This document shows, piece after piece, positions 1 through 10,861 of a stretch of DNA of 64,000 nt. Made by a program: the position numbers and the translations under genes. The first letter of the stretch is position 1. Each line of letters begins with the position of its first letter. A model generated the notes under the pieces. That model had not been told where the DNA came from. It was given only the letters and a program-made list of their open reading frames with translations, and ran no database searches. Origin of the DNA: Bacteroidales bacterium (GTDB taxonomy: Bacteria; Bacteroidota; Bacteroidia; Bacteroidales; GCA-2748055); NCBI GenBank assembly GCA_021738565.1, contig JAIPBT010000017.1, positions 15,950-79,949 of the forward strand. The letters run 5' to 3'.

Positions 1-1
1 G

Positions 2-187
2 AACCGACCTTGTTTTCAGGAGATCTTCATAGGCATCACTTACCTCAAGGAATTGTTTAGCTGCATCCGGGGAATTGTTCTTATCCGGATGGTATTTCTT
101 GGCGAGTTTCCTGTATGCTTTCTTTATTTCATCCGTATCAGCTCCAGGTTGAACTCCCAGTGTTTCATATGAAACTAATGAAGCCAT
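2..187 (-). CDS. J-domain (DnaJ-like) protein, N-terminal part; runs off the window start
   Basis: Manual translation, absent from the ORF track: [57 protein letters not shown], with the HPD motif. TAAATTTG promoter box at 212-219 on the minus strand. Confidence 0.9.
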   Translation of the reverse strand, partial: MASLVSYETLGVQPGADTDEIKKAYRKLAKKYHPDKNNSPDAAKQFLEVSDAYEDLLKTRSV

Positions 188-336
188 GGTGTTAAACAGC
201 GATACCTACAGCAAATTTAGTGTTTTATTTTCAATGGTCAGATTGGTCGCCATATAAACATGTTCGTTCAACTACCCTCTATGGTTGCCGCAGATACTGT
301 ATTGATCATATACAGGAAGGAGAAAGTGTCACACTG

Positions 337-373
337 AAAAAGGCTGCCTGCAAATGAATAGCAGACAGCCTTT
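337..373 (-). terminator. Rho-independent terminator on the minus strand
   Basis: Minus-strand stem GGCUGUCUGC/GCAGGCAGCC (one G-U pair) followed by UUUUU. The same position would be a C-A mismatch on the plus strand. Confidence 0.75.
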
Positions 374-401
374 GAAACGCACCTTAAACCTAAACTTAAA
401 C

Positions 402-476
402 CTAAATCCTGTTTTTATTTTTTCTTGTCTTTCTTAACTTTTTTTCTTCTTTTTCAACAGTCACTTCAACTTCCAT
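402..476 (-). other. 24-codon small ORF or gene remnant inside a ~150-nt transcription unit
   Basis: MEVEVTVEKEEKKLRKTRKNKNRI*, between a TAGATTTG box (491-498) and the terminator at 337-373. Confidence 0.35.
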
Positions 477-490
477 TTCATTGTACAATG

Positions 491-582
491 CAAATCTACA
501 CCGCAAAAGCGTTACTAAGCCTTAACAGATGTTAAAGATTGTTAAGTTGTTGAATAAACTGTTTCTGCATCAATTATCTTTG
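491..582. promoter_or_regulatory. Divergent Bacteroidota sigma-A promoters with phased direct repeats
   Basis: TAnnTTTG at 491-498 (minus) and 575-582 (plus). GTTAC/CTTAA/GTTAA/GTTAA at 511, 521, 531 and 541. Confidence 0.6.
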
Positions 583-586
583 TGGT

Positions 587-2161
587 ATGAGTAAAAAAGT
601 ATTGTGGATATTGACCATTGCACTCAGTGCAGCAATGGCCGGGCTGGTTATTGTGCAGATTACCTGGGTGAACAATGCCCTTGAGCTGAATAGCAAGCAA
701 TTTCAACAATTGGTAAATACAACCCTGATGGAAGTGTCGGATCAACTTGATCATTATTATGCCTCCTCAAAAATGAAAAAGGTAATCAGGGAAAAGGATG
801 CAGATCACCAGGAGATTGAATGGACCGTTGAAATCGATAAAGAAGAGACTCCGGCAATTAAATTCAATCAGAAGAAATCAGACAATATGCAAATTGCCGG
901 TCAGCAAGATGAGGGAACCGGAGATCGCATGGTTGAAATGCTGGCAGATACACTTGTTGTAATAATTGACACGAATTCCGGGACAGCCGAAACATTGCAT
1001 ATCAGACAATATCATGAGCTTGAAAGCAGGAAGAAGCTGGAGGAATCCATCAGGGAGAAGGAAATATTGGTAACTACGGTAATGCAGGCCATGTTGCTTG
1101 AAAATGTACCTTTTGAAGAGAGGGTGGAACAGCAATTGCTTGAGAAAATGCTGCATAAGAATTTCATGGACAGGGGCATCAATCTCGGGTATGAATACGC
1201 TGTGGTCAGAAACAACAGCAATTTGATCTATGAATCTGAAAATTTCAGTAAGGATACCGATCATTATTATTTCAGGAGCGGTTTAATGGGAGATCAGTTT
1301 CCGGATAAGAACGATACATACCTCTACCTGTATTTCCCGGGTCAGAAGGCGCTGGTGAGGGGTTCACTGGGTTTTTTGGGTATATCAACGTTGTTTCTGA
1401 CTTTCCTGATGATCATTTTATTTTCATTTGCATTGTATGTGATTTTTCGTCAGAAAAAACTTTCCGAGATCAAGAATGATTTTGTCAATAACATGACGCA
1501 TGAACTTAAAACCCCGATATCAACCATTAGTCTTGCATCTCAAATGCTGAGTGATCAGAGCATTCCTGCAGAAAGGAAAAACACGGGTCACATTTCCACC
1601 ATCATACAAACAGAGAGCAAGCGTCTTGGGTACCAGGTTGAACGGGTCCTTCAAATGGCCGTGCTTGACCAGGGGCATCTCGTGCTGAAGAAGGAGCATA
1701 TTGGTTTGAAGGAGATTGTAAGCAATGTAGTGCAAAACTTTAAATTGCAGGTGGAAAGCAAGAGCGGAAGCCTGGAATTGATAGACAATTCATTATCAGA
1801 TGGTATTGTTGGAGATAAGGTACATATTACCAATGTACTTACCAACCTTATTGACAATGCGATAAAGTACTGCAGGGACAAGCCGAAGATAGCTATCCAG
1901 CTTGAAAATGAGGAAGACCTTTGGTTTGTATTAAAAGTAAAAGATAATGGCGTTGGCATCAGCAAGGAAAATCAAAAGAAGGTATTTGACAAGTTTTTCA
2001 GGGTCTCCACCGGAAATTTGCATGATGTTAAGGGGTTCGGACTCGGGCTTAGTTATGTAAAACTGATCGTGGAGCAGCATGGTGGCACAATTAAACTAGC
2101 CAGTGAATTGAATAGGGGCACACAATTTGAAATAAAACTACCTTTGTTTAAAGAAAATTAA
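587..2161 (+). CDS. rprX: Sensor histidine kinase, RprX-like
   Basis: Two TM segments, H-box NNMTHELKTP, N-box NLIDNAIKY, G-boxes DNGVG and GFGLGL; adjacent to an RprY-like regulator. Confidence 0.85.
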   Translation: MSKKVLWILTIALSAAMAGLVIVQITWVNNALELNSKQFQQLVNTTLMEVSDQLDHYYASSKMKKVIREKDADHQEIEWTVEIDKEETPAIKFNQKKSDNMQIAGQQDEGTGDRMVEMLADTLVVIIDTNSGTAETLHIRQYHELESRKKLEESIREKEILVTTVMQAMLLENVPFEERVEQQLLEKMLHKNFMDRGINLGYEYAVVRNNSNLIYESENFSKDTDHYYFRSGLMGDQFPDKNDTYLYLYFPGQKALVRGSLGFLGISTLFLTFLMIILFSFALYVIFRQKKLSEIKNDFVNNMTHELKTPISTISLASQMLSDQSIPAERKNTGHISTIIQTESKRLGYQVERVLQMAVLDQGHLVLKKEHIGLKEIVSNVVQNFKLQVESKSGSLELIDNSLSDGIVGDKVHITNVLTNLIDNAIKYCRDKPKIAIQLENEEDLWFVLKVKDNGVGISKENQKKVFDKFFRVSTGNLHDVKGFGLGLSYVKLIVEQHGGTIKLASELNRGTQFEIKLPLFKEN

Positions 2162-2165
2162 TGGA

Positions 2166-2864
2166 ATGACTGAAATAAAAACAAGGATCCTGCTTGCAGA
2201 GGATGATGAAAATCTGGGATCACTTTTACAGGAGTACCTGCAGGCCAAGAATTTCCATACCGATTGGGTGACCAATGGGGATAAGGCCTTCAGGTATTTT
2301 GAGCAGTATCACTACGACCTGTGCATATTTGATGTAATGATGCCGATAAAGGACGGTTTCTCACTTGCAGCCGATATCCGGATGATCAACAGTACCATTC
2401 CCATTATTTTCCTCACGGCAAAATCGATGAAAGACGATGTACTGGAGGGCTTTTCCATAGGAGCTGATGATTACATTACGAAGCCTTTCAGCATGGAGGA
2501 GTTGCTTTTTCGCATAGAAGCAGTGTTGCGCAGGACCAGGGGCGAAAAGAATTCAGAACAGCATCATTGGAAAATCGGCAAATTCGATTTCGATGTAAAA
2601 AAGCAGCAATTGATGCTGGGAGATCATGTTCAGAAATTGACTACAAAGGAATCGGATTTGCTCAACCTGCTATGCAATAACATGAACCAGGTACTGGAAA
2701 GAAATTTTGCTTTGAAAGCGATTTGGATCGATGACAGCTATTTCAATGCAAGGAGCATGGATGTATACATTACCAAGCTCAGGAAATACCTGAAGGGGGA
2801 CCCGTCGGTGCAGATCATCAATGTGCATGGCAAGGGTTATAAATTGGTTGTGGATGAAAAATAA
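2166..2864 (+). CDS. rprY: OmpR-family response regulator, RprY-like
   Basis: Receiver motifs EDD, DVMMP and KPF; winged-helix WIDDSYFNARSMDVYITKLRK, closely resembling Bacteroides RprY. Confidence 0.9.
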   Translation: MTEIKTRILLAEDDENLGSLLQEYLQAKNFHTDWVTNGDKAFRYFEQYHYDLCIFDVMMPIKDGFSLAADIRMINSTIPIIFLTAKSMKDDVLEGFSIGADDYITKPFSMEELLFRIEAVLRRTRGEKNSEQHHWKIGKFDFDVKKQQLMLGDHVQKLTTKESDLLNLLCNNMNQVLERNFALKAIWIDDSYFNARSMDVYITKLRKYLKGDPSVQIINVHGKGYKLVVDEK

Positions 2865-2889
2865 AGCCACCCTGATGGAGAGTGGCCTT
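2864..2889. terminator. Hairpin between convergent rprY and exbD
   Basis: AAAGCCAC...GTGGCCTT inverted repeat. Confidence 0.45.
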
Positions 2890-2924
2890 ATAATCTATGC
2901 ATTAGTAGCGTGTTGTGGGGCTGA

Positions 2925-3419
2925 CTAACGGCCCTGTTCTGCGTAATCCTTTCGGGCCGAATAGTTTATGATCAGTGCTTTTGCTCTTCGCAGTGCCTGC
3001 TTTACATCGTCGACTTTTCCCATAGGTATGTCCTCATCGATCCTTAAAGACATTACCATTTTGTTCTTATCGACTTCAGGCAATGCTTCACGTTCGAAAA
3101 GAACAAAATCCTGAACGGTCTCGGTAGGAATACCCTCATCGTTTATGAGTTTGTCGTTTAGCTGGATCAGTGGTTCCGTTCCGTACATGCCCTGTAATCC
3201 ACGGTTGGGCCTCCCTATGTAAATATAGCTCACAAGTGATTTTTGTTCCAGTTTCTTAACTTCAGAAACTTCAGGAATCTTTATCTGCACCTGCACTTCA
3301 GTTTCCCTCATGGTAGTGGATACCATGAAAAAGAAAAGAAGCATGAAGATGATGTCGGGGAGGGAAGATGTATTGATCTTCTGTGCCCCCTTTCCTTTTT
3401 TTCTTCTGAATTTAGACAT
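2925..3419 (-). CDS. exbD: ExbD/TolR family biopolymer transport protein
   Basis: INTSSLPDIIFMLLFFFMV TM segment with the conserved Asp. Confidence 0.9.
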   Translation of the reverse strand: MSKFRRKKGKGAQKINTSSLPDIIFMLLFFFMVSTTMRETEVQVQIKIPEVSEVKKLEQKSLVSYIYIGRPNRGLQGMYGTEPLIQLNDKLINDEGIPTETVQDFVLFEREALPEVDKNKMVMSLRIDEDIPMGKVDDVKQALRRAKALIINYSARKDYAEQGR

Positions 3420-4054
3420 TAGTTGAGCCCTCCAATATTTTTAGGTTCTGCTTCAGAAATATTCATCTTGTATCTATCCCTTATCGCTTCAGCAATCTCT
3501 TTTTCTGTTGGATTGTTCATATTCAGGTCGTCAAAATCCTTCCCGAAATACAACTGGCAGAAATCCTGTCGCAGCTGGTTGACTGCTGCCACCAGTTCAT
3601 TTTGCACTTTAAGGTATTTTTTATACGTGGTTGACCTGTCATTTTGAAGGGAAATAACACCCTTGGAAACCGATCCCACCCATAATCCATTGGGTGGCAA
3701 TAGGGGTGATGAGCCAGGAGGAAACTGTATTTCCTTTGTTACTTTCTCGGGAAGGGTCTTGTCGTTTGTGGGATTTGTAAAGAATTCCATGACGATATCT
3801 TTTAACTCATCCACCCTCGTTCCAAATTGACCCCCTACCATCAACTGGTCATTCCTGTTGATCAAAACTACAAGTACGTTCCGTTTGTTTACTTTGACTT
3901 CTTCTTTCTGCTCATCCTCCGGTATGGGAGGTAAAAGTCTGGTAAGCCCGGTATCAACATCCATTGTAGTGGCAACCAGGAAGAAAATCAGCAACAGGAA
4001 AGCAATATCTGCCATTGATCCTGCATTTATTTCTTGTAATTCTCTTTGTGCCAT
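3419..4054 (-). CDS. exbD: ExbD/TolR family protein, second paralog
   Basis: EINAGSMADIAFLLLIFFLV; 1-nt stop/start overlap with the downstream paralog. Confidence 0.9.
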   Translation of the reverse strand: MAQRELQEINAGSMADIAFLLLIFFLVATTMDVDTGLTRLLPPIPEDEQKEEVKVNKRNVLVVLINRNDQLMVGGQFGTRVDELKDIVMEFFTNPTNDKTLPEKVTKEIQFPPGSSPLLPPNGLWVGSVSKGVISLQNDRSTTYKKYLKVQNELVAAVNQLRQDFCQLYFGKDFDDLNMNNPTEKEIAEAIRDRYKMNISEAEPKNIGGLN

Positions 4055-4108
4055 TGGATTCCGTTTTAAAGGAAACTCCGGGCAAATGACCGGAATTCCC
4101 CTGACATA

Positions 4109-4786
4109 TTATTTGAATAAATTAGCAATTTCGAAGTAGAGTATGGATACTATTGCAACACCGAATATGATATAGGTTGTGAACAAACCTGTACCGATCC
4201 ATCTCAGGGCAACAGGGTCTGTATTATCTGTACCTGTATACCCGAGGATATCGATTGATGCATCGGAGGCAAAAGCAAAATAAGATAAAAGGATCAGCAC
4301 GACTGCACCTGTCAGCACGGCCAGTAATCTTATGATTGCTTTTACATCGGTAACAATATTTACCAATGGGAACAATACAGCTGCAATTGCGGCCAGGGCC
4401 AACAATATGTAGGCCCATTTAAGTGCATAATCGGTTCTTTTATAAACCATTAATTCCCAACCAGACAGGTGGTCCCTGAGATCGATTTCCACCGTGGGAG
4501 GAACTTCCTCAACTGCAGCTGCCACAACTGCCGAGTCAGTTTCAGCAACCTCTGTGGAATCTGTTTCGGCTGTCATGCCAAGACTGTCAACAGCGGTACT
4601 GTCTGCTTTAGCAGGGGCTTCCTCTGGCTGGTCCTCAACTACGCCTTCCGTAGTGAGCTGCTCAACTCTTGCCTCCAGTTCATCGATATCGACGGTCCTG
4701 GGAGAGACGTAAAAGAACAATATGACCACCAGTGAAATAACTGCAACCACATACAAAGTGATTGTTGATATTTTAGAGTAAGACAT
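4109..4786 (-). CDS. Hypothetical membrane protein in the exbB-exbD operon
   Basis: N-terminal TM, long acidic Ala/Thr/Glu-rich segment, then about three further TM segments. Confidence 0.8.
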   Translation of the reverse strand: MSYSKISTITLYVVAVISLVVILFFYVSPRTVDIDELEARVEQLTTEGVVEDQPEEAPAKADSTAVDSLGMTAETDSTEVAETDSAVVAAAVEEVPPTVEIDLRDHLSGWELMVYKRTDYALKWAYILLALAAIAAVLFPLVNIVTDVKAIIRLLAVLTGAVVLILLSYFAFASDASIDILGYTGTDNTDPVALRWIGTGLFTTYIIFGVAIVSILYFEIANLFK

Positions 4787-4797
4787 AGCCTTATGTT

Positions 4798-5619
4798 TTA
4801 TTTTTTAAGATTGTACTTTACCAACATATCAACGAGTGAGATGGAAGCATCTTCCATTTTGTTGACGATGGAATCAATCTTTGAAATTAAATAGTTATAG
4901 AAAAACTGCAGAATGATTGCGACGATAAGTCCTGTTACTGTGGTAATCAGCGCAATTTTAATACCGCCCGCAACAACCGTGGGAGATACATCACCCTGTT
5001 CCTGGATCTTATCAAACGCCTTGATCATACCGATTACTGTTCCCATGAAACCAAGCATAGGGGCAACAGCAATGAACAGTGATATCCAGGACAGGTTTTT
5101 CTCCAGCAGTCCCATCTGAACACTGCCATAAGATACAACCGACTTTTCAACCACATCTATGCCTTCATCTGCCCTGTCAAGACCCTGGTAGAAGATACTG
5201 GCAACCGGACCACGGGCATTTCTGCATACCTCTTTGGCTGCATCCACGCCTCCTGATTCGAGCGCTTCCTCAACCTCAAGCAGGAGCTTTTCCGTATTGG
5301 TTGTAGCAAGACTCAGATAAATAATCCTTTCAAAGGCGAGTGCAAGACCAAAGATCAGGGTCATTAGAACAGCGCCCATAAAACCGGCGCCACCCTCAAT
5401 GAACTTGGTCTTTAAGTTTGTATGCATAACACTTAAACCACCTTGCTCTTCCTCTTCAGGAGCCATTGTCTCCCCTGCAGGGGTTTGGGTAGCCATTGTT
5501 TCGGCAACCTGGGTGGTATCATCAGCAGCAAGCGTATCACCTTCAGCTTCCTGCCCGAATACAGATGCTCCCATCATAAGCATCCCGAAAACCGCTATCA
5601 ATGCAAATAGTTTTTTCAT
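4798..5619 (-). CDS. exbB: MotA/TolQ/ExbB proton channel protein
   Basis: APMLGFMGTVIGMIKAF and GGIKIALITTVTGL motifs; N-terminal signal peptide. Confidence 0.92.
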   Translation of the reverse strand: MKKLFALIAVFGMLMMGASVFGQEAEGDTLAADDTTQVAETMATQTPAGETMAPEEEEQGGLSVMHTNLKTKFIEGGAGFMGAVLMTLIFGLALAFERIIYLSLATTNTEKLLLEVEEALESGGVDAAKEVCRNARGPVASIFYQGLDRADEGIDVVEKSVVSYGSVQMGLLEKNLSWISLFIAVAPMLGFMGTVIGMIKAFDKIQEQGDVSPTVVAGGIKIALITTVTGLIVAIILQFFYNYLISKIDSIVNKMEDASISLVDMLVKYNLKK

Positions 5620-5680
5620 TGTTGTTAATGTTTGTTAAACTTTTAATTATTAAACGTTAATTAATTTAATGTGTTGTGTT

Positions 5681-5777
<97 letters not shown>

Positions 5778-5894
5778 ATGTGTTATGGTTCGTACCCTGT
5801 TGTTTGTTAAACTGTTAAAGAACGCCGATCCTCTAAATTACTGAATTGTAAAGAGAATCGCGGCGCAAATTACAAAAAAAAAATAAAAATACTC

Positions 5895-6929
5895 TTAGTG
5901 GATCGTTATTTCTCCTTTGAGGGATTTATTTAAAAGCATTTTAATCTCTTCGTCCCTAAGTTGCTGTGCCAGCAGTATCATTAACTTGGTTGCAGCAGCT
6001 TCAGTAGTAATGTCATAGCCGCTTACAACACCTGCTTCCAGCAAGGTCCTGCTTGTCTCATACCTTCCAAGTTCCACACTGCCCCTGCTGCATTGTGTCA
6101 CATCCAGCAATATGATATTGCTGTCGACAGCTTTTTTTATGCGGCTTGTGAACCATTCGGCCGAGGGAGCATTTCCGGCGCCATAAGTTTCAAGTATGAC
6201 TGCCCTCAGGTTTTTCATGCCAAATACAACATCCATGTATTTCCTGTTGATCCCGGGGAACAATTTCAGGATCGTGATCTGATCGGAGAATTCTTTATGA
6301 ACGACCAGTGGTTCGATCACCTGTGGATGCCTGATGAATTCCCTGTTAAAAACAAGTTCAACTCCGGCGCGTGCCAGGTAGGGATAATTGGCCGACTGAA
6401 ATGCATTGAAATGCTCGGCATTTACCTTGGTGGTCCTGTTTCCCCGGTACAATTTACTTTCAAAATAGACACACACCTCCGGGACCATGGGTTGACCGTT
6501 CTCAGATGCTGCGGCTATTTCAATGGCTGTGATCAGATTCTCTTTGCCATCCGTACGAAGTATACCGAGCGGCAATTGTGCCCCGGTAAAGATCACGGGT
6601 TTGGCAAGGTTTTCAAGCATGAAGCTCAGGGCAGATGCTGAATAGGCCATTGTATCTGTCCCGTGCAGGATCACAAAACCATTGTAATCATTGTAATTAT
6701 TCTCAATGATCTCAGCAATCCGTATCCAGAAACCAGGATGGATGTCCGAGGAGTCGACCGGGGATTCAAACTGGATGGTCTCAATGTTGAATGTAAATCG
6801 CTGCAATTCCGGTATGAGGTCACTTACTTCAGAGAAGTCGAATGGTGTCAATGTGCCTTTGACGGGATCCTTGATCATTCCAATGGTCCCCCCGGTATAT
6901 ATAAGCAATATTCCTTTATTATCAATCAT
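5895..6929 (-). CDS. ansA: L-asparaginase type I
   Basis: YTGGTIGM, HGTDTMAY and ETYGAGN motifs. Confidence 0.93.
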   Translation of the reverse strand: MIDNKGILLIYTGGTIGMIKDPVKGTLTPFDFSEVSDLIPELQRFTFNIETIQFESPVDSSDIHPGFWIRIAEIIENNYNDYNGFVILHGTDTMAYSASALSFMLENLAKPVIFTGAQLPLGILRTDGKENLITAIEIAAASENGQPMVPEVCVYFESKLYRGNRTTKVNAEHFNAFQSANYPYLARAGVELVFNREFIRHPQVIEPLVVHKEFSDQITILKLFPGINRKYMDVVFGMKNLRAVILETYGAGNAPSAEWFTSRIKKAVDSNIILLDVTQCSRGSVELGRYETSRTLLEAGVVSGYDITTEAAATKLMILLAQQLRDEEIKMLLNKSLKGEITIH

Positions 6930-6931
6930 TT

Positions 6932-7711
6932 TCAGAATGCATGTTTGAAGAGTTCCCTGGCGTTTTTCGTAGTTACATCAGCAATATCTTCAATGCCCAG
7001 GTTGTATATGTCGGCCAATCTCGCCGCCACTTCTGTCAGATATGAGCTTTCATTTCTTTTTCCCCTGAAAGGTGTAGGTGCCAGATAAGGCGCGTCTGTT
7101 TCAATCAGAATATGATCTTTGGGTATCTTTTTTACAGTTTCGGAAAGTCCCGAATTTTTAAAAGTTACAATTCCGTTTATACCTATTAAGAAACCATAGG
7201 ACAGTATTTTTTTTACATGCTCACTGCTGCCCGTAAAACTATGGAAAACGCCTTTTAATCCTGGTGTAAATTCTTCATCAAGCACATCAAAGATCTCTTC
7301 AAAGGATTCCCTTGCATGTATTACTACAGGAAGATCAAGTTTTTTGGCCCATTGTAGCTGGATCTTGAACGATTCTTTCTGTTCTCTGACAAATGTTTTG
7401 TCCCGGTACAGGTCAATCCCGGTTTCTCCTATCGCAACATAATCATTGCTGTTCAGATGTTCATAGGCAGCGTCAAGCTCTTTCCTGAAATCCTCCTTGA
7501 CTGATGTTGGATGAAGTCCCATCATTGGAAAACAGACACCCGGGTATTGAGCACAGAGACGGTGCATATCGTCAATGGTGGAACGGTCGATATTTGGAAG
7601 CAATACCCTTTCGATACCCTTTTTTGAAGCACGTTCCATAACCTGTGCAATATCGTTACGAAAAGCTTTCAAATAGAGGTGTGCATGTGTATCGGTAAAA
7701 TCATTTAACAT
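6932..7711 (-). CDS. tatD: TatD family nuclease
   Basis: DTHAH, GETGID, HSFTG and ETDAPYL motifs; TAAGTTTG box at 7719-7726. Confidence 0.93.
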   Translation of the reverse strand: MLNDFTDTHAHLYLKAFRNDIAQVMERASKKGIERVLLPNIDRSTIDDMHRLCAQYPGVCFPMMGLHPTSVKEDFRKELDAAYEHLNSNDYVAIGETGIDLYRDKTFVREQKESFKIQLQWAKKLDLPVVIHARESFEEIFDVLDEEFTPGLKGVFHSFTGSSEHVKKILSYGFLIGINGIVTFKNSGLSETVKKIPKDHILIETDAPYLAPTPFRGKRNESSYLTEVAARLADIYNLGIEDIADVTTKNARELFKHAF

Positions 7712-7775
7712 AGCAATGCAAACTTAATCAATCTTCAGGTGAAAAAAATAGTTATGCAGCAGCCATCAAAATAAA

Positions 7776-7804
7776 CCAGTCCTGGTATTTTGCCAGGACC
7801 GGTT
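7776..7804. terminator. Hairpin downstream of gdhA
   Basis: AACCAGTCCTGG...CCAGGACCGGTT inverted repeat. Confidence 0.55.
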
Positions 7805-7871
7805 GGTATTGTCTTTTTAATGTTGGTCAATTTGTGGGCAACAATTTTCCATACCATGCCCCAGGGACTTT

Positions 7872-9308
<1,437 letters not shown>

Positions 9309-9315
9309 TTACTTA

Positions 9316-9504
9316 GTGCCTGTCCATAATGTCCGTTTGCTGCGTTACGCTCGTCGGGAAATTGCTCATCCCGATAATATATCGGGATTCCGCATTTCCC
9401 GACTTCGCAACCGACAAACGATACGTTTTGAGCTCATGACCGCAGGGAATAACCCTTGCAAACGAACATTATGATCCAGCCACTCCAACTTTATTGACAG
9501 GCAC
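9316..9504. mobile_element. MITE-like element with terminal inverted repeats
   Basis: GTGCCTGTCCATAA / TTATTGACAGGCAC ends (13 of 14 match), TACTTA directly repeated at 9310-9315 and 9505-9510, nested internal inverted repeats, no ORF. Confidence 0.75.
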
Positions 9505-9618
9505 TACTTATGCAGCTGATTTGTATTTACTGCTGTCCTTTTGAATTCCGTTGTTCACCCCTATGTGAATGGAGTAAGGTGATTAAATGCACAGCATTTC
9601 CATGATTCGGCAGGGAAT

Positions 9619-10746
9619 TTATGGATGGTCGGCACTTTTGATCCTGACTGCGGGTTTGTAAAGGTTTCCAGGCAGAACCGTGATCCAGTTCTGAAATTCC
9701 ATTTGCAGAAGGTTGCCTGCCAGCTGACTTATCGGGATGCCGGTCCTGATGCTGAGGATCTCCTGCCCAAGCCCCGGTTCTTCGGTCAGCGTTTTTAAGA
9801 TGTTTCTTTCTTCAGGACTTAAGGGTTGGTTGAGGATGTTTCCCTGAAGTTCGGGCTGATTGCCGGAAGGTTCCCATCCCAGCTCTTCCAGTATATCCGC
9901 AGCATTTTCAACAAGGGCCGCAATGTTTTTCCTGATCAGGTGGTTGCAACCGGCAGAATAGCGGTCGGAAGACCTGCCGGGTATTGCAAAAACTTCACGG
10001 CTGTATGAAGATGCAATTTCAGCGGTTATAAGCGCTCCTCCCTTTTTGGCCGATTCAACAATGAGCGTGGCTTCAGAAAGCCCGGCAATGATCCTGTTCC
10101 TGCGCAGAAAGTTATTTCTTTCTGGTTTCACGGACGTTTGAAAATCTCCCGCCAGGGCTCCCTGTTTCATGATGCGGGCCGCGATATCGGCATGGGCGGA
10201 AGGATAAACTGTGTGCAGGCCATGCGCGAGTATGGCGAATGTATCCAGCCCGTTCTCAAGGGCTGCCCTGTGAGCAGTAACATCTATACCGTACGCCAAC
10301 CCGCTGATGATGACCAGCTCCGGGAATTCAGCGGCCAGCTCTGAAATAATGGTGCGGCAAATCTCCCGCCCGTAAGTTGTGGCTGTCCGCGTACCTACGA
10401 TACTGAGAAATTTTGACCTGTGGAAATCCGGTTTCCCCCTGTAAAACAGGAGCAGCGGACCATCATCACAGTTTTTAAGGCGCCATGGGTAGCCTTCATC
10501 CTGGTAATAGACACAAGAGATGTTGTACTTGTCCATTTGCTCCATCTCTTTTTCAGCTGCCAGGATATAATCGCCGCCAGATAAATGTTGGGCAAGGTAT
10601 TCACCGATCCCCGGTATTTTTTGCAGTGTTGACCTCTTTTCAGTAAAGACTTCCCTGGGCGATCCGACATACGCGATGAGTTTCTTGGCTGTGATCGCTC
10701 CTACCTTCGGGATCAGGGTCAATGCGATTTGATATTTCAGGTCCAT
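9619..10746 (-). CDS. dprA: DNA-processing protein DprA
   Basis: SIVGTR, SGLAYGID, FLRRNRIIAGLS and GGALITA motifs. Confidence 0.95.
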   Translation of the reverse strand: MDLKYQIALTLIPKVGAITAKKLIAYVGSPREVFTEKRSTLQKIPGIGEYLAQHLSGGDYILAAEKEMEQMDKYNISCVYYQDEGYPWRLKNCDDGPLLLFYRGKPDFHRSKFLSIVGTRTATTYGREICRTIISELAAEFPELVIISGLAYGIDVTAHRAALENGLDTFAILAHGLHTVYPSAHADIAARIMKQGALAGDFQTSVKPERNNFLRRNRIIAGLSEATLIVESAKKGGALITAEIASSYSREVFAIPGRSSDRYSAGCNHLIRKNIAALVENAADILEELGWEPSGNQPELQGNILNQPLSPEERNILKTLTEEPGLGQEILSIRTGIPISQLAGNLLQMEFQNWITVLPGNLYKPAVRIKSADHP

Positions 10747-10861
10747 TCATTTTAAAGAAATAGATGATTTTTCAGTTATACAGGAGACCACCCGATAATG
10801 AAAAGGCGCTTCTGCATGTTAATATGCCGGCGTTGGAAAATATCGTATTGCAGGGTTGATT

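Noticed and set aside
5620..5660. TGTTAA repeats upstream of exbB as RprY sites
   Set aside because: On the coding strand this is the A-rich translation initiation region typical of Bacteroidota.
6093..6641. 182-aa plus-strand ORF
   Set aside because: Antisense shadow of ansA with no recognisable motifs.
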